In this document: piece after piece, positions 8,242-18,809 of the stretch
How positions within the stretch are numbered: position 1 is the stretch's first letter
Layout: each line of letters begins with the position of its first letter
NCBI GenBank assembly: GCA_949372805.1
Contig: CASIBH010000006.1
Span: 91,896-155,895 of the forward strand
Length of the DNA: 64,000 bases
Direction of reading: 5' to 3'
Origin: an uncultured Flavobacteriales bacterium
GTDB lineage: Bacteria > Bacteroidota > Bacteroidia > Flavobacteriales > BACL11
Position numbers and translations under genes: made by a program
Notes under the pieces: model-generated
Seen by the model: the letters and a program-made list of their open reading frames with translations, nothing else
Told to the model about the DNA's origin: nothing
The model's database searches: none

Positions 8242-9714
8242 CTACTTTGACTTTGCATGCCAGCTACTGCCATCTCTACCGTCTTTAATTTCTATTCCTA
8301 CATTATTTAAATCATCTCTAATCAAATCTGCTGTTTCAAAATCTTTAGAAATTTTTGCTTTTTTTCTAAGTTTTAGAATTAAATCCATGATTTCATTTGT
8401 AGTATTTTCACCTCTATTATCTTTCCTAGATTTTAGTCCTAAAATGTCAAAAATAAAAAACTGAAATAATTCTTTTAGTTTTTTAAGGTTGTCTACATCA
8501 ATTTTCGCCTTACCATCATTAAGAGAATTAATAATTTTTACTCCTTCAAATAGGTGTGATATTAATATTGGTGTATTAAAATCATCATTCATTGAAGCAT
8601 AACATTTATCTTCAAGTTCTTGGATATTAAAATCTGTATTTTTAGATGAGGATATCTTTAATATTGTTTCACAAGAATCCATTAACTTGTTGAGCCCCTT
8701 ACTTGATGCTTTTAGAGCATTATTGCTAAAATCAAGAGTTCCCCTATAGTGAGCTTGAAGTATAAAGAATCTAATTGTCATAGGACTGTATGCCTGCTCA
8801 AGTTTGTAGTGATTACCATTAAAAAAATCACTTAGTGTAATAAAATTACCTAAAGATTTCCCCATTTTTTTACCATCTATTGTAATCATATTGTTGTGCA
8901 TCCAATATTTAACAGGGGCACAACCATGAGCGGCATTACTTTGAGTAATTTCTGCTTCATGATGCGGAAATGTCAAGTCATTTCCCCCGCCATGAATATC
9001 AAAAGTTTTTCCAAGATACTTCTCACTCATAGCTGAACATTCCATATGCCACCCAGGAAAGCCAGTTCCCCATGGAGATGGCCATTTCATTATGTGTTCT
9101 TTTGAAGCATTTTTCCAAATTGCAAAATCCACATGACTTCTTTTTTCATTTTGACCATCAAGCTTTCTAGTTCCTTCTAAGGTATCTTCTAAATTTCTTC
9201 CAGATAAAACGCCATAATTATAGTCCTTATTATATTTTTTAACATCAAGATAAACTGATCCATTAACTTCATAAGCATAGCCATTTGTAATTATTTTTTT
9301 AATCATTTCAATTTGCTCAATAATATGACCAGTGGCTCTAGGTTCTATTGAAGGCGGGAGGCAGTTTAAATGCTCCATAGCTTTGTGATAACTTATTGTG
9401 TAATGCTGAACTACTTCCATTGGCTCTAATTGCTCAAGTCGCGCTTTTTTTGAGATTTTATCTTCACCCTCATCACTGTCATTTTCCAAATGACCAGCAT
9501 CAGTTATGTTTCTTACATACCTAACTTTGTAATTACTATTTTGTAAATATCTAAATACAATATCAAATGTAATTGCTGGCCTGGCATGACCAAGGTGAGG
9601 ATCTCCATATACAGTTGGTCCGCAAACATACATGCCGACATAATCTTTGGTTAATGAATTAAATTCTTCCTTTTTTTTAGATAAAGTGTTATATATGTAA
9701 ATTTTATTTTTCAT
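8242..9714 (-). CDS. cysS: cysteine--tRNA ligase
   Basis: HIGH motif ([10 protein letters not shown]) and KMSKS motif (KKMGKSLGN). Length is 490 aa. Confidence 0.95.
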   Translation of the reverse strand: MKNKIYIYNTLSKKKEEFNSLTKDYVGMYVCGPTVYGDPHLGHARPAITFDIVFRYLQNSNYKVRYVRNITDAGHLENDSDEGEDKISKKARLEQLEPMEVVQHYTISYHKAMEHLNCLPPSIEPRATGHIIEQIEMIKKIITNGYAYEVNGSVYLDVKKYNKDYNYGVLSGRNLEDTLEGTRKLDGQNEKRSHVDFAIWKNASKEHIMKWPSPWGTGFPGWHMECSAMSEKYLGKTFDIHGGGNDLTFPHHEAEITQSNAAHGCAPVKYWMHNNMITIDGKKMGKSLGNFITLSDFFNGNHYKLEQAYSPMTIRFFILQAHYRGTLDFSNNALKASSKGLNKLMDSCETILKISSSKNTDFNIQELEDKCYASMNDDFNTPILISHLFEGVKIINSLNDGKAKIDVDNLKKLKELFQFFIFDILGLKSRKDNRGENTTNEIMDLILKLRKKAKISKDFETADLIRDDLNNVGIEIKDGRDGSSWHAKSK

Positions 9715-10672
9715 CTGACGCTAACTTATATTTATTTTTTAAATTAATCATCATTTCATCAGTCATAATCTTTAAATTATATTTTGATTTCCAATTCCAA
9801 TGCTCTCGAGAAAGGGAGTCGTTAATACTTTGAGGCCAAGAGTCTGCAATTTCTTGTCTAAAATCTGCAGAGTAATTAATTTTAAAACCCTCAATATGTT
9901 TAGATATTTCATTAGAAATCTCTTTTGGATTAAAACTTATGCCTGCTAAATTATATGAAGAACGAATTTTTATATTTTCACTAGGAGCTTCCATAATTTG
10001 AATTGTTGCTCTAATTGCATCTGTCATATACATCATTGGAAGCGTTGTATGCTCAGAAAGAAAAGAGGTATAAGCCTTTTTTTGAATTGCTTGATGAAAT
10101 ATTTCTACAGCATAGTCTGTTGTTCCGCCTCCAGGATTTGACTTCCATCCGATTAATCCAGGATATCTTATTGACCTGACATCAACATTAAATTTATTAA
10201 AGTAGTACTCGCACCATCTTTCTCCAGACAGCTTACTTATTCCGTAGACAGTATTAGGTTCAGTAATTGTATATTGAGGAGTTAAATTTTTTGGCGTTGT
10301 AGGTCCAAAAACAGCAATTGAAGAAGGCCAAAATATTTTTTTTATTAATTTTTCTTTTGCTAGATTTAGAACATTAAATAATGATTTCATATTTAAATCC
10401 CATGCAAAGCTTATATTTTTCTCAGCATTTGCAGACAGTATGGCTGCTAGAAGATATATCTGAGAAATATTATGTTTTTTTACAATGCTTAATAATTTTT
10501 TATTATCAGTTATATCTAAGATTTCAAATTGCCCAGAATTCATGATTTCTTGAGATGATCTTACTATATCAGAGGCAATAACCCGATCGTTACCGTAGAT
10601 TTTTCTTAACTCTAAAACTAATTCAGTTCCTATCTGCCCCGAGGAACCTACAACTAAAATATTATCTTGCAT
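9704..10672 (-). CDS. NAD-dependent epimerase/dehydratase family protein, L-threonine 3-dehydrogenase-like
   Basis: N-terminal Rossmann motif [21 protein letters not shown] and an extended-SDR YxxxK (YGISKLSGE). Length is 322 aa. Confidence 0.7.
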   Translation of the reverse strand: MQDNILVVGSSGQIGTELVLELRKIYGNDRVIASDIVRSSQEIMNSGQFEILDITDNKKLLSIVKKHNISQIYLLAAILSANAEKNISFAWDLNMKSLFNVLNLAKEKLIKKIFWPSSIAVFGPTTPKNLTPQYTITEPNTVYGISKLSGERWCEYYFNKFNVDVRSIRYPGLIGWKSNPGGGTTDYAVEIFHQAIQKKAYTSFLSEHTTLPMMYMTDAIRATIQIMEAPSENIKIRSSYNLAGISFNPKEISNEISKHIEGFKINYSADFRQEIADSWPQSINDSLSREHWNWKSKYNLKIMTDEMMINLKNKYKLASDEK

Positions 10673-10691
10673 ATACCATGTTTGTTTTTTA

Positions 10692-10699
10692 CAAATATA
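10692..10699 (-). promoter_or_regulatory. putative -7 promoter box TATATTTG
   Basis: Exact TAnnTTTG on the minus strand, 19 nt upstream of the ATG at 10672. Confidence 0.45.
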
Positions 10700-10757
10700 A
10701 TACTAAAGACTAAATTCTTTGTAATTATTTTATCGTCTATAGAATATTAATCTTTTG

Positions 10758-10765
10758 TATCTTTG
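10758..10765 (+). promoter_or_regulatory. putative -7 promoter box TATCTTTG
   Basis: Exact TAnnTTTG, 12 nt upstream of the ATG at 10778. It overlaps the TTG that opens the ORF-track model, which argues for the later ATG. Confidence 0.45.
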
Positions 10766-10777
10766 TTATCTATAAAA

Positions 10778-11833
10778 ATGGTGTTGCTAATGGATCCAAA
10801 TGGAGGTAAGAATAATTTATCTAACAAGCTAAGTAAAAAAGAGGCAATAGAGAGATTAAAAAAAGAAAATTTCAGAAGAATTACTGTCTCTTTTTATAAA
10901 TATATAATTATTAATGATACCAATTTGTTTAGAGATGAATTATACAGCGAGTGGTCTTCTTTAAACGTCTTTGGAAGAATTTATTTAGCTACTGAAGGAG
11001 TTAATGCACAAATGAGTGTTCCAGAAGATAACTGGAATAATTTTATTAGTTGTCTAAATAATATTAACTATTTAAAAAACATTCATTTTAAAATTGCTGT
11101 TGAAGATGATGGTAGATCTTTTTATAAGTTAACAATTAAGATTAGAAAAAAAATTGTTGCTGATGGTCTTGGCGACAATGAATACGATGTTACAAATGTT
11201 GGTAGGCATATGTCTGCAATAGAGTGGAATGATGCTATTAATAATGGAGCTACTATTATTGATATGCGAAATCATTATGAAAGTGAGATTGGTAAATTTA
11301 AGGGGGCGATATGTCCTGAAGTTGAAACATTTAAAGAGGAGCTTCCTTTAGTTAAAGATCTTTTAAAAGGTAAAGAAGGTGAGAAGGTCCTTCTTTATTG
11401 TACAGGTGGAATTCGTTGTGAAAAGGCGTCTGCCTACTTGAATGAACACGGTTTTAGTGATGTTAATCAATTGCATGGTGGTATTATTGATTATGTAAGG
11501 CAAATAAACGCAGACTCTTCAATTGAAAATAAATTTATTGGTAAAAACTTTGTATTTGATGACAGATTATCAGAAAGAATAACTGATGATGTGATAAGTC
11601 ATTGCCATCAATGCGGCAAAAAATGTGATGATCATATTAATTGTATTAACGTTAATTGTAATTTACTTTTTTTGCAATGCAAAAAATGTAAAATTAAATA
11701 CGAAAGTTGCTGTTCAATGGGTTGTGTTGAAATCTCAAGATTATCGCCTGAAGACAAAAAAGAATTAAGAAAAGGGATGGGCAATAAAAAAATCTTTCAT
11801 AGTCATAAAAAAGTAAAATTAAATTTAAAATGA
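10778..11833 (+). CDS. trhO: rhodanese-domain protein of the TrhO/YceA (UPF0176) type, tRNA U34 hydroxylase-like
   Basis: Rhodanese active-site loop YCTGGIRCEKASAY and a Cys-rich C-terminal tail (CHQCGKKCDDHINCINVNC). Confidence 0.75.
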   Translation: MVLLMDPNGGKNNLSNKLSKKEAIERLKKENFRRITVSFYKYIIINDTNLFRDELYSEWSSLNVFGRIYLATEGVNAQMSVPEDNWNNFISCLNNINYLKNIHFKIAVEDDGRSFYKLTIKIRKKIVADGLGDNEYDVTNVGRHMSAIEWNDAINNGATIIDMRNHYESEIGKFKGAICPEVETFKEELPLVKDLLKGKEGEKVLLYCTGGIRCEKASAYLNEHGFSDVNQLHGGIIDYVRQINADSSIENKFIGKNFVFDDRLSERITDDVISHCHQCGKKCDDHINCINVNCNLLFLQCKKCKIKYESCCSMGCVEISRLSPEDKKELRKGMGNKKIFHSHKKVKLNLK

Positions 11834-12273
11834 AAACAATTAGAATAACCAAACAATTCAAAATGGAAATGGCTCATGCATTGCATGGATATGACGGACT
11901 GTGTAAAAATATACATGGACATTCTTATAAGCTTTGGGTTACATTAAAAGGAGATATAAAGGATGAGCCTGGGCATAAAAAAGATGGTATGGTGTTAGAT
12001 TTTAGCCTGCTTAAAAAAATAGTCAAACCTACAATCATTGATAAATATGATCACTCTCTGGTTTTAAATGCAAACAGCCCTCATGCTGAGATTGACCTGT
12101 CAGCTTTTGATAAAGTTTTTCATCTTCCATATCAACCTACCTCTGAGAATCTTGTTCATGATTTTGCAAAAACTATTATAAAACTTCTACCAGAGAATGT
12201 AACACTCTATAAAATTGTATTGTCTGAAACTGCAAATTCTTTTGCTGAATGGTGTTGTGATGATAACAATTAA
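11830..12273 (+). CDS. queD: 6-carboxytetrahydropterin synthase
   Basis: CKNIHGHSYKL (CxxxHGH zinc/catalytic motif), 147 aa. It overlaps the upstream gene at an ATGA junction. Confidence 0.85.
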   Translation: MKTIRITKQFKMEMAHALHGYDGLCKNIHGHSYKLWVTLKGDIKDEPGHKKDGMVLDFSLLKKIVKPTIIDKYDHSLVLNANSPHAEIDLSAFDKVFHLPYQPTSENLVHDFAKTIIKLLPENVTLYKIVLSETANSFAEWCCDDNN

Positions 12274-12348
12274 TTAAAATGATTATAAATAATCTAATTT
12301 AACATTAAATATTAAAAAAATCATAGCATAAATAAATGTGTAAATATG

Positions 12349-12356
12349 TATTTTTG
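12349..12356 (+). promoter_or_regulatory. putative -7 promoter box TATTTTTG
   Basis: Exact TAnnTTTG, 19 nt upstream of the cytochrome oxidase subunit II ATG at 12376. Confidence 0.45.
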
Positions 12357-12375
12357 CCTTCGTAAAAATTAAAAA

Positions 12376-13350
12376 ATGACAAATCTATTAATTGCCCTAG
12401 TTGTTATTCTAGCTATTGCCGCTCTGGTTCAGCTGGTAAGAGTTAACGAATTATTATCAGAAATCACTAATGAGGATACAAATTCTGTAACTGATGATGA
12501 TAATAATAAAAACGGAATTTTATTTTTGCTTACAATCCCACTTTTTTTAGGTTTTGTTGTTTGGCAAATGGTGACATGGGATCATCTTTTATTGCCTCCT
12601 GCAAGTTCTGTGCATGGGGCTGAAATTGACTCATTAATGAAAGTTTCGATGACACTTATTTTAATCGTTTTTTTCGCACTTACCCCAATGCTTTTCTTTT
12701 TTGCATACAAGTACAGGGGAAAGAAAGGAAATACCGCTTATTTTTTCTCTCATAATAATAAATTAGAAGTTGTCTGGACAGTAGTGCCAACTATTATTTT
12801 AACAGCTTTAATTATTTATGGTCTAAGAACATGGGACCGAGCAATGAATCCAGACCTATCCCAAGCTACAGTAATTGAAGTTTATTCAAAACAGTTTGAT
12901 TGGACCGCAAGATACGCTGGAGAAGATAATGTTTTAGGTCAGTCAAGTTATCTTTTAGTAAAGGGTAAAAACACATTAGGAGTTGATATGTTAGACGAGC
13001 CATCATCTGATGACATTGTTACAAGAGAGGTTCATCTGCCAGTTAATAAGCCTGTATTATTAAAGTTTAGATCTAGAGATGTTATTCATTCTGCTTTTTT
13101 GCCTCATTTTAGAGTACAGATGAATTGTGTTCCTGGTCTATCTACTCAGTTTGGTTTTACTCCAACAAAAACAACTGAACAGATGAAGTTAGAAGAAGGG
13201 GAAGATTTTGAATATGTTTTATTATGTAACAAAATATGTGGCTCTGCTCACTTTAACATGCAAATGAAATTTATTGTAGAAAGTGAGGAGGATTATAATA
13301 AATGGATTAGCTCTCAGGAATCATTAGAAACTACATTAACATTAAAATAA
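12376..13350 (+). CDS. ctaC: cytochrome c oxidase subunit II
   Basis: N-terminal transmembrane helices and a cupredoxin domain. CuA ligands are present (HSAFLPHF ... CNKICGSAHFNM). No c-type haem CxxCH motif is present. Confidence 0.9.
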   Translation: MTNLLIALVVILAIAALVQLVRVNELLSEITNEDTNSVTDDDNNKNGILFLLTIPLFLGFVVWQMVTWDHLLLPPASSVHGAEIDSLMKVSMTLILIVFFALTPMLFFFAYKYRGKKGNTAYFFSHNNKLEVVWTVVPTIILTALIIYGLRTWDRAMNPDLSQATVIEVYSKQFDWTARYAGEDNVLGQSSYLLVKGKNTLGVDMLDEPSSDDIVTREVHLPVNKPVLLKFRSRDVIHSAFLPHFRVQMNCVPGLSTQFGFTPTKTTEQMKLEEGEDFEYVLLCNKICGSAHFNMQMKFIVESEEDYNKWISSQESLETTLTLK

Positions 13351-13356
13351 ATAATA

Positions 13357-15111
13357 ATGTCTGATCATCATCACAAAGAAACTTTTATAACAAAATATAT
13401 TTTTTCAACTGATCATAAAATGATTGCAAAGCAATTTCTTATTACAGGAATGTTTATGGCTATTATTGGAATGTTGATGTCGGCTATTTTTAGGGTTCAG
13501 TTAGCTAATCCTGGTGAGTACTCTATTTTATATGAGCTGCTTCCTGGTGGCTGGCTTAATGAAGATGGTGGGTTAAACCCTGATAAGTATTTAGCTTTAG
13601 TAACAATGCATGGAACAATCCTTGTTTTCTGGGTTTTGACTGCTGGTTTATCAGGGACATTTGCAAATTTTTTAATTCCATTGCAAATCGGAGCAAGAGA
13701 TATGGCTTCTGGATTTATCAATATGCTATCATATTGGTTTTTCTTTATTGCAACAGTTGTTCTTTTATCTTCATTATTTGTAGAGTCAGGCCCAGCATCT
13801 GGTGGATGGACAATTTACCCGCCATTGAGCGCATTACCTCAGGCAATACCCGGCTCTGGAACTGGAATGACTCTTTGGCTTTATAGTATAACTTTATTTG
13901 TTGTTGGTTCATTACTTGGAGGCTTAAATTATATTGTAACAATTCTTAATCTCCGAACTAAAGGAATGTCTATGCAGCGACTTCCTCTAACAGTTTGGGC
14001 TCTTTTAATAACAGCAATTCTAGGTGTACTTTCATTTCCAGTTCTACTGTCTTGTGGACTTTTATTACTTTTTGATAGATCTTTTGGAACTAGTTTTTAT
14101 CTTTCAGATATTATTATAAATGGAGAAGCACTTCATAATGTTGGAGGAAGCCCAATATTATTTGAACACCTATTTTGGTTTTTAGGACACCCTGAAGTTT
14201 ACATTATTTTACTGCCTGCTCTTGGAATAGTTTCTGAAGTAATTGCTGTAAATTCCAGAAAGCCAATTTTTGGATATAAGGCAATGGTCGGAGCTTTATT
14301 ATTAATTGCTTTCCTTTCTTTTATTGTGTGGGGACATCATATGTTTATGACAGGAATGAACCCTTTTCTAGGCTCTGTTTTTACTTTTACAACGTTGTTA
14401 ATTGCAATACCATCTGCTGTTAAGGTATTTAATTATCTTGCTACACTGTGGAGAGCAAATATTAGATTTACACCAGCGATGTTATTTGCTATTGGAACTG
14501 TATCGGCATTTATTACTGGCGGACTAACAGGATTAATACTTGGAGATAGCGCATTAGATATTAATGTTCATGATACTTATTTTGTGGTTGGACATTTTCA
14601 TATTGTAATGGGGCTTTCAGCAATCTATGGAATGTTTGCTGGTGTCTATCATTGGTTTCCTAAAATGTATGGAAAGATGATGAATAAAACTCTTGGCTAT
14701 GTACATTTTTGGGGCACATTTATTTGTGCATATGGTGTGTTTTTCCCTATGCATTTTTTAGGTCTTGCTGGCTTGCCAAGAAGATATTATACTAATAGTT
14801 CATTTCCAATGTTTGATGGTCTTGCTGATATTAATGAGATCATCACATTTTTTGCTTTAGCTGGAGCTATTGTTCAGGCTATTTTTATTTTTAATTTCTT
14901 TTATAGTATTTTTAAAGGAACTAAAACAACAGCAAATCCATGGAAGTCAAATACTTTAGAATGGACTACTCCAATAGAAAGAATTCATGGCAATTGGCCT
15001 GGAGAATTACCGGTTGTGACAAGATGGGCTTACGATTATTCTAAGCCAGGAATGGATGAAGACTTTGTTATGCAAAATGTTCCATTAAAAGAAGGAGAAG
15101 AAGAACATTAA
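13357..15111 (+). CDS. ctaD: cytochrome c oxidase subunit I
   Basis: Twelve-helix haem-copper oxidase signature (WFLGHPEVYIILLP, GHHMF, HDTYFVVGHFHIV). Length is 584 aa. Confidence 0.97.
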   Translation: MSDHHHKETFITKYIFSTDHKMIAKQFLITGMFMAIIGMLMSAIFRVQLANPGEYSILYELLPGGWLNEDGGLNPDKYLALVTMHGTILVFWVLTAGLSGTFANFLIPLQIGARDMASGFINMLSYWFFFIATVVLLSSLFVESGPASGGWTIYPPLSALPQAIPGSGTGMTLWLYSITLFVVGSLLGGLNYIVTILNLRTKGMSMQRLPLTVWALLITAILGVLSFPVLLSCGLLLLFDRSFGTSFYLSDIIINGEALHNVGGSPILFEHLFWFLGHPEVYIILLPALGIVSEVIAVNSRKPIFGYKAMVGALLLIAFLSFIVWGHHMFMTGMNPFLGSVFTFTTLLIAIPSAVKVFNYLATLWRANIRFTPAMLFAIGTVSAFITGGLTGLILGDSALDINVHDTYFVVGHFHIVMGLSAIYGMFAGVYHWFPKMYGKMMNKTLGYVHFWGTFICAYGVFFPMHFLGLAGLPRRYYTNSSFPMFDGLADINEIITFFALAGAIVQAIFIFNFFYSIFKGTKTTANPWKSNTLEWTTPIERIHGNWPGELPVVTRWAYDYSKPGMDEDFVMQNVPLKEGEEEH

Positions 15112-15113
15112 AG

Positions 15114-15665
15114 ATGAAGAAATCAATTAAAGAAAAAGCTCTTAAGCAGTTATTATGGGTTGGGATAGTTTCAATCTCAATGTTCTTTGCTGGACTTACT
15201 TCGGCATTTATTGTTAGAAAGGCAGAGGGAAATTGGACAGAATTTATACTTCCAGATTGGTTTATTGCAAGTACAGCTGTAATAATATTAAGTAGTTTAT
15301 TGCTTATTTTTGTTAAAATTAGATTAAGAAAAGGCAAGTCTATTTTTAATTTACTTTTCACCACATTAGTACTTGGGATAATATTTTCATACTTTCAGTT
15401 TGAAGGCTGGGGTCAATTAACTAATCAAGGAATATACTTGACTGGTGAAGGAAGTAATGTGGCTGGTTCATTCTTGTATGTATTAACACTTTCTCACTTA
15501 GTCCATCTTGCTGGAGGTTTGATAGCTTTAGTTTTCTCATCAGTTAAGTCAAAATTAAATTTATACTCTATTGATAATTGTTTAGGGCTTGATCTTACTA
15601 TCAATTATTGGCACTTTTTAACAGTTTTATGGCTCTATTTATTCATCTTTTTAAAGTTCTTATAA
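15114..15665 (+). CDS. short cytochrome c oxidase subunit III-family protein
   Basis: Five hydrophobic helices and the C-terminal YWHFLTVLWLYLF block typical of subunit III. Confidence 0.7.
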   Translation: MKKSIKEKALKQLLWVGIVSISMFFAGLTSAFIVRKAEGNWTEFILPDWFIASTAVIILSSLLLIFVKIRLRKGKSIFNLLFTTLVLGIIFSYFQFEGWGQLTNQGIYLTGEGSNVAGSFLYVLTLSHLVHLAGGLIALVFSSVKSKLNLYSIDNCLGLDLTINYWHFLTVLWLYLFIFLKFL

Positions 15666-15711
15666 GATGTTATTAAATATTAAAAGAAATACTTATTTAG
15701 ATTAAAAAATT

Positions 15712-16623
15712 ATGGCAGATACTCTAATTCAAAATGATATGAATGCTCCCGCTTGGAAAGGTGGAGATGTTCCGTATAAAGCTAGCTATGGTAAGATGAT
15801 GATGTGGTTTTTTCTTATCACTGATACATTAACATTCTCTGCTTTTTTAGCTGCTTATGGTTTTAGTAGATTTAAATTTGAGGACATTTGGCCTGTTCCA
15901 GAAGATGTATTTACACACTTTCCTTTTTTACATGGTGAGCACCCATTATTATTTGTAGCTTTAATGACCTTCATTCTTATAATGAGTTCTGTAACAATGG
16001 TTTTAGCAGTAAATTATGGACATAAAAAAGAAAAAAATAAGGTTATAATGTGGCTTTCTTTTACAATCATAGGTGGTTTTATGTTTTTAGCTTCTCAGGC
16101 GTGGGAGTGGGGACATTTTATTCATGGTGATTCTGGAGGGGTTCAGCTAAAAAACACTGAGGTTGTTCATGTTTATAATGATAATCGCAGATCTTCTATA
16201 TACGATATTATGGGGGTAGATTCTCACGATGGTGCTCATCATCATTTTGAGTTAAATGATTTTCAAGAAAAATTTAGTTCAAATTCAGATCTTTACATTC
16301 GTCTTGCAAATCGAACTTTTCTAAATCACGATGAGTCTATTAACTATTTAAACACTAATGCTAATCAGGTTTTGCTAGGAGCAAACCTTAAAAATAATGA
16401 ATATGGTCATGCATTATTTGCTGATTATTTTTTCTTTATTACTGGTTTTCATGGTTTTCATGTTTTTAGTGGTGTTGTTTTATTAATAATTCTTTTAATC
16501 AATACTATTAAAGGTACATATGAAAGAAGAGGGCATTATGAAATGGTAGAAAAGATTGGTCTCTATTGGCACTTTGTTGATTTAGTATGGGTATTTGTAT
16601 TTACATTCTTTTATTTAGTTTAA
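15712..16623 (+). CDS. ctaE: cytochrome c oxidase subunit III
   Basis: FFITGFHGFHVFSGV and LYWHFVDLVWVFVF blocks, with a roughly 90-aa soluble insertion between helices. Confidence 0.85.
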   Translation: MADTLIQNDMNAPAWKGGDVPYKASYGKMMMWFFLITDTLTFSAFLAAYGFSRFKFEDIWPVPEDVFTHFPFLHGEHPLLFVALMTFILIMSSVTMVLAVNYGHKKEKNKVIMWLSFTIIGGFMFLASQAWEWGHFIHGDSGGVQLKNTEVVHVYNDNRRSSIYDIMGVDSHDGAHHHFELNDFQEKFSSNSDLYIRLANRTFLNHDESINYLNTNANQVLLGANLKNNEYGHALFADYFFFITGFHGFHVFSGVVLLIILLINTIKGTYERRGHYEMVEKIGLYWHFVDLVWVFVFTFFYLV

Positions 16624-16638
16624 TTTAAATTAATTATT

Positions 16639-16962
16639 ATGTCAGACGAACAAAACGGAAGTAATTGGTGGATTTGGAAGGTTTTCTGGATTTTATTAGG
16701 CTTAACAGCTTTTGAAGTTGGGCTTGGAATGTATAAACCTAATTTTTTAGTTGAAACTATTTTTCTTGGAACAAAACTTTTAAACCATGTTTTTATAATT
16801 TTAACATTAGTAAAAGCAGGATACATTGTTCTAGTCTTCATGCATCTTGGATTTGAAAAAAGTACTTTTAAATGGACTATTTTGCTTCCTGCATTTGTAC
16901 TTGTGCCTTATTTGCTCTTTATTATTTTAAGTGAGGGGGCCCATGCTTATTTAATGCTATAA
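16639..16962 (+). CDS. cytochrome c oxidase subunit IV-family small membrane protein
   Basis: 107 aa with three hydrophobic helices. It lies directly after subunit III. Confidence 0.65.
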   Translation: MSDEQNGSNWWIWKVFWILLGLTAFEVGLGMYKPNFLVETIFLGTKLLNHVFIILTLVKAGYIVLVFMHLGFEKSTFKWTILLPAFVLVPYLLFIILSEGAHAYLML

Positions 16963-16963
16963 A

Positions 16964-17668
16964 ATGAAATTTAATTTTAAAAGTTTCTCAACTATAATTG
17001 TTTTACTTCTCTTGTTAGTAGTGCCTGCTATCATCTACTCTTATGTTACTAAAGGATTTAATAATTTCATTAAACTTGATATTGTTGGAGAGAAAAATAT
17101 TAATACTGGTGAATATCACACCATTAGTGAGTTTAGTTTCATTAATCAGCTTGGAGAGGTTGTTAATAATGATTCAATGAATGGAAATATATATATAGCA
17201 GATTTCTTTTTTACTAACTGTCCTTCAATATGTCCGGTCATGACTAAAAACATGGCTTATGTACAAAAAAAATTAAGTGTATATCCTAATATAAAGTTTC
17301 TTTCTCATACAGTAGATCCATTAAACGACTCTCCTCAAAGATTTAATGAATATATTAATGAAATGAGGATAAAAAATATAAATATTGATGAATCAAATTG
17401 GGACTTTGTAACAGGTGAAAAGGAAGAAATTTATGATGTTGCTACATCATATTTTGTAAATGTTAGTGCTGACTCTCTTGCTCCTGGTGGGTTCCTTCAC
17501 TCAGAGTATTTTGTTCTTGTTGATAAGGAAGGGAGAATTAGATCTGGAATTGATAAAAATGGTAATGTTGTTGGAGTATATGATGGCACTAATGAAGCAC
17601 AACTTAGAGATCTAATAAATGATGTTAAGGTTTTGATGGCTGAATATAAAAGACCCACAAAAAACTAA
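16964..17668 (+). CDS. SCO-family copper chaperone / thiol-disulfide oxidoreductase
   Basis: N-terminal membrane anchor, CPSICP (CxxxC) motif and a downstream His (LSHTVDP). Confidence 0.85.
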   Translation: MKFNFKSFSTIIVLLLLLVVPAIIYSYVTKGFNNFIKLDIVGEKNINTGEYHTISEFSFINQLGEVVNNDSMNGNIYIADFFFTNCPSICPVMTKNMAYVQKKLSVYPNIKFLSHTVDPLNDSPQRFNEYINEMRIKNINIDESNWDFVTGEKEEIYDVATSYFVNVSADSLAPGGFLHSEYFVLVDKEGRIRSGIDKNGNVVGVYDGTNEAQLRDLINDVKVLMAEYKRPTKN

Positions 17669-17676
17669 AAAAATAA

Positions 17677-17901
17677 GTGAAAAAATCTGCACTTTTAATT
17701 TTACTACTTGTTATTCTATATTATGATTCTTTTAGTCAGTGTGCTATGTGTAAGTCTGTGGTTGAAGCAAATTTAGAATCTGGAGATACAAAGGGGGCAG
17801 GTCTTAACGACGGGATCTTATATTTGATGGCGATGCCATATATTTCAATTTTATTATTTGGAGTTTTTTGGTTTTTTCAAAATAAAAAAACTCAAACCTG
17901 A
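17677..17901 (+). CDS. 74-aa exported CxxC protein with C-terminal membrane anchor
   Basis: GTG start. It has a signal peptide ending SFS|Q, a QCAMCK motif and a C-terminal helix (ILYLMAMPYISILLFGVFWFF). It sits between the SCO gene and ctaB. Confidence 0.55.
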   Translation: MKKSALLILLLVILYYDSFSQCAMCKSVVEANLESGDTKGAGLNDGILYLMAMPYISILLFGVFWFFQNKKTQT

Positions 17902-17909
17902 AATTTATC

Positions 17910-18809
17910 TTGTTGATATCGAATCTTAAATACTATAGTCAGTTATTAAAATTTCGACTCTCCTCTTCAGTAGTTTTTTCAGCTGCAGCCGGATATTTAC
18001 TTGGCACTTCACATTTTAATCTTCAAGAGTTTGTATTACTTATTGCTGGTGGCTTTTTAATTACTGGCTCTGCCAATGGTTTTAATCAAATTCTTGAAAG
18101 TGATTATGACAAGTTAATGACTAGAACTGAGCAAAGACCATTACCTCTAAACAAAATTAACTCTTCAAGCGCAATAATATTTTCTGTATTAATAGGAATA
18201 CTAGGTTTTTATTTTTTAAGTCTCATAAAACCTCATAGTAGTTTTTTTGGATTTCTTTCAAAATCTTCAGTTTTTGGCTTGCTTTCACTTATGATATATG
18301 TTCTCTCATATACTCCATTAAAGAGAATGTCAACTGTCTCTATATTTGTTGGAGCAATACCTGGTGCAATACCTGTTTTGTTGGGGTGGGTTGCCGCAAC
18401 AGATCAATTTGGATTATCTGTTGGTATTTTATTTGCTATTCAGTTTTTTTGGCAATTCCCTCATTTTATATCTATTGCTTGGACCCAAGATTTGCAGTAT
18501 AAACGTGCAGGTTTTAAGATGATGTACGGCGGGAAAAAAGGCACCTATCCTGCTTTTATTGGACTTATAACTGCAAGCGTTATGACAGTTTTCTCAGTTC
18601 TGCCTTATTTCTATGATTTTAAAAACCTTAATTTGTCTTTTGTAGCATTTTGTTTAATAATCTCTCTAGGTATTTGGTTTACGTTTAAAACGTATATTTT
18701 ATTTAAAGATACTAAGGATAGCAGTGCAAAAAAACTTATGCTTGCTTCATTTGCATATTTACCAATTATGCAAATAATTTATATTGTAGATAAGTGGATG
18801 ACTAATTAA
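17910..18809 (+). CDS. ctaB: protoheme IX farnesyltransferase (haem O synthase)
   Basis: UbiA-family motif NQILESDYDKLMTRTEQRPLP in a polytopic protein. It has an apparent TTG start, because no in-frame ATG is available. Confidence 0.9.
   Translation: MLISNLKYYSQLLKFRLSSSVVFSAAAGYLLGTSHFNLQEFVLLIAGGFLITGSANGFNQILESDYDKLMTRTEQRPLPLNKINSSSAIIFSVLIGILGFYFLSLIKPHSSFFGFLSKSSVFGLLSLMIYVLSYTPLKRMSTVSIFVGAIPGAIPVLLGWVAATDQFGLSVGILFAIQFFWQFPHFISIAWTQDLQYKRAGFKMMYGGKKGTYPAFIGLITASVMTVFSVLPYFYDFKNLNLSFVAFCLIISLGIWFTFKTYILFKDTKDSSAKKLMLASFAYLPIMQIIYIVDKWMTN

Noticed and set aside
13497-13942. Two minus-strand ORFs (74 and 65 aa) inside cytochrome oxidase subunit I
   Set aside because: They are antisense to a gene with unmistakable haem-copper oxidase motifs. 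They have no start context or promoter box.
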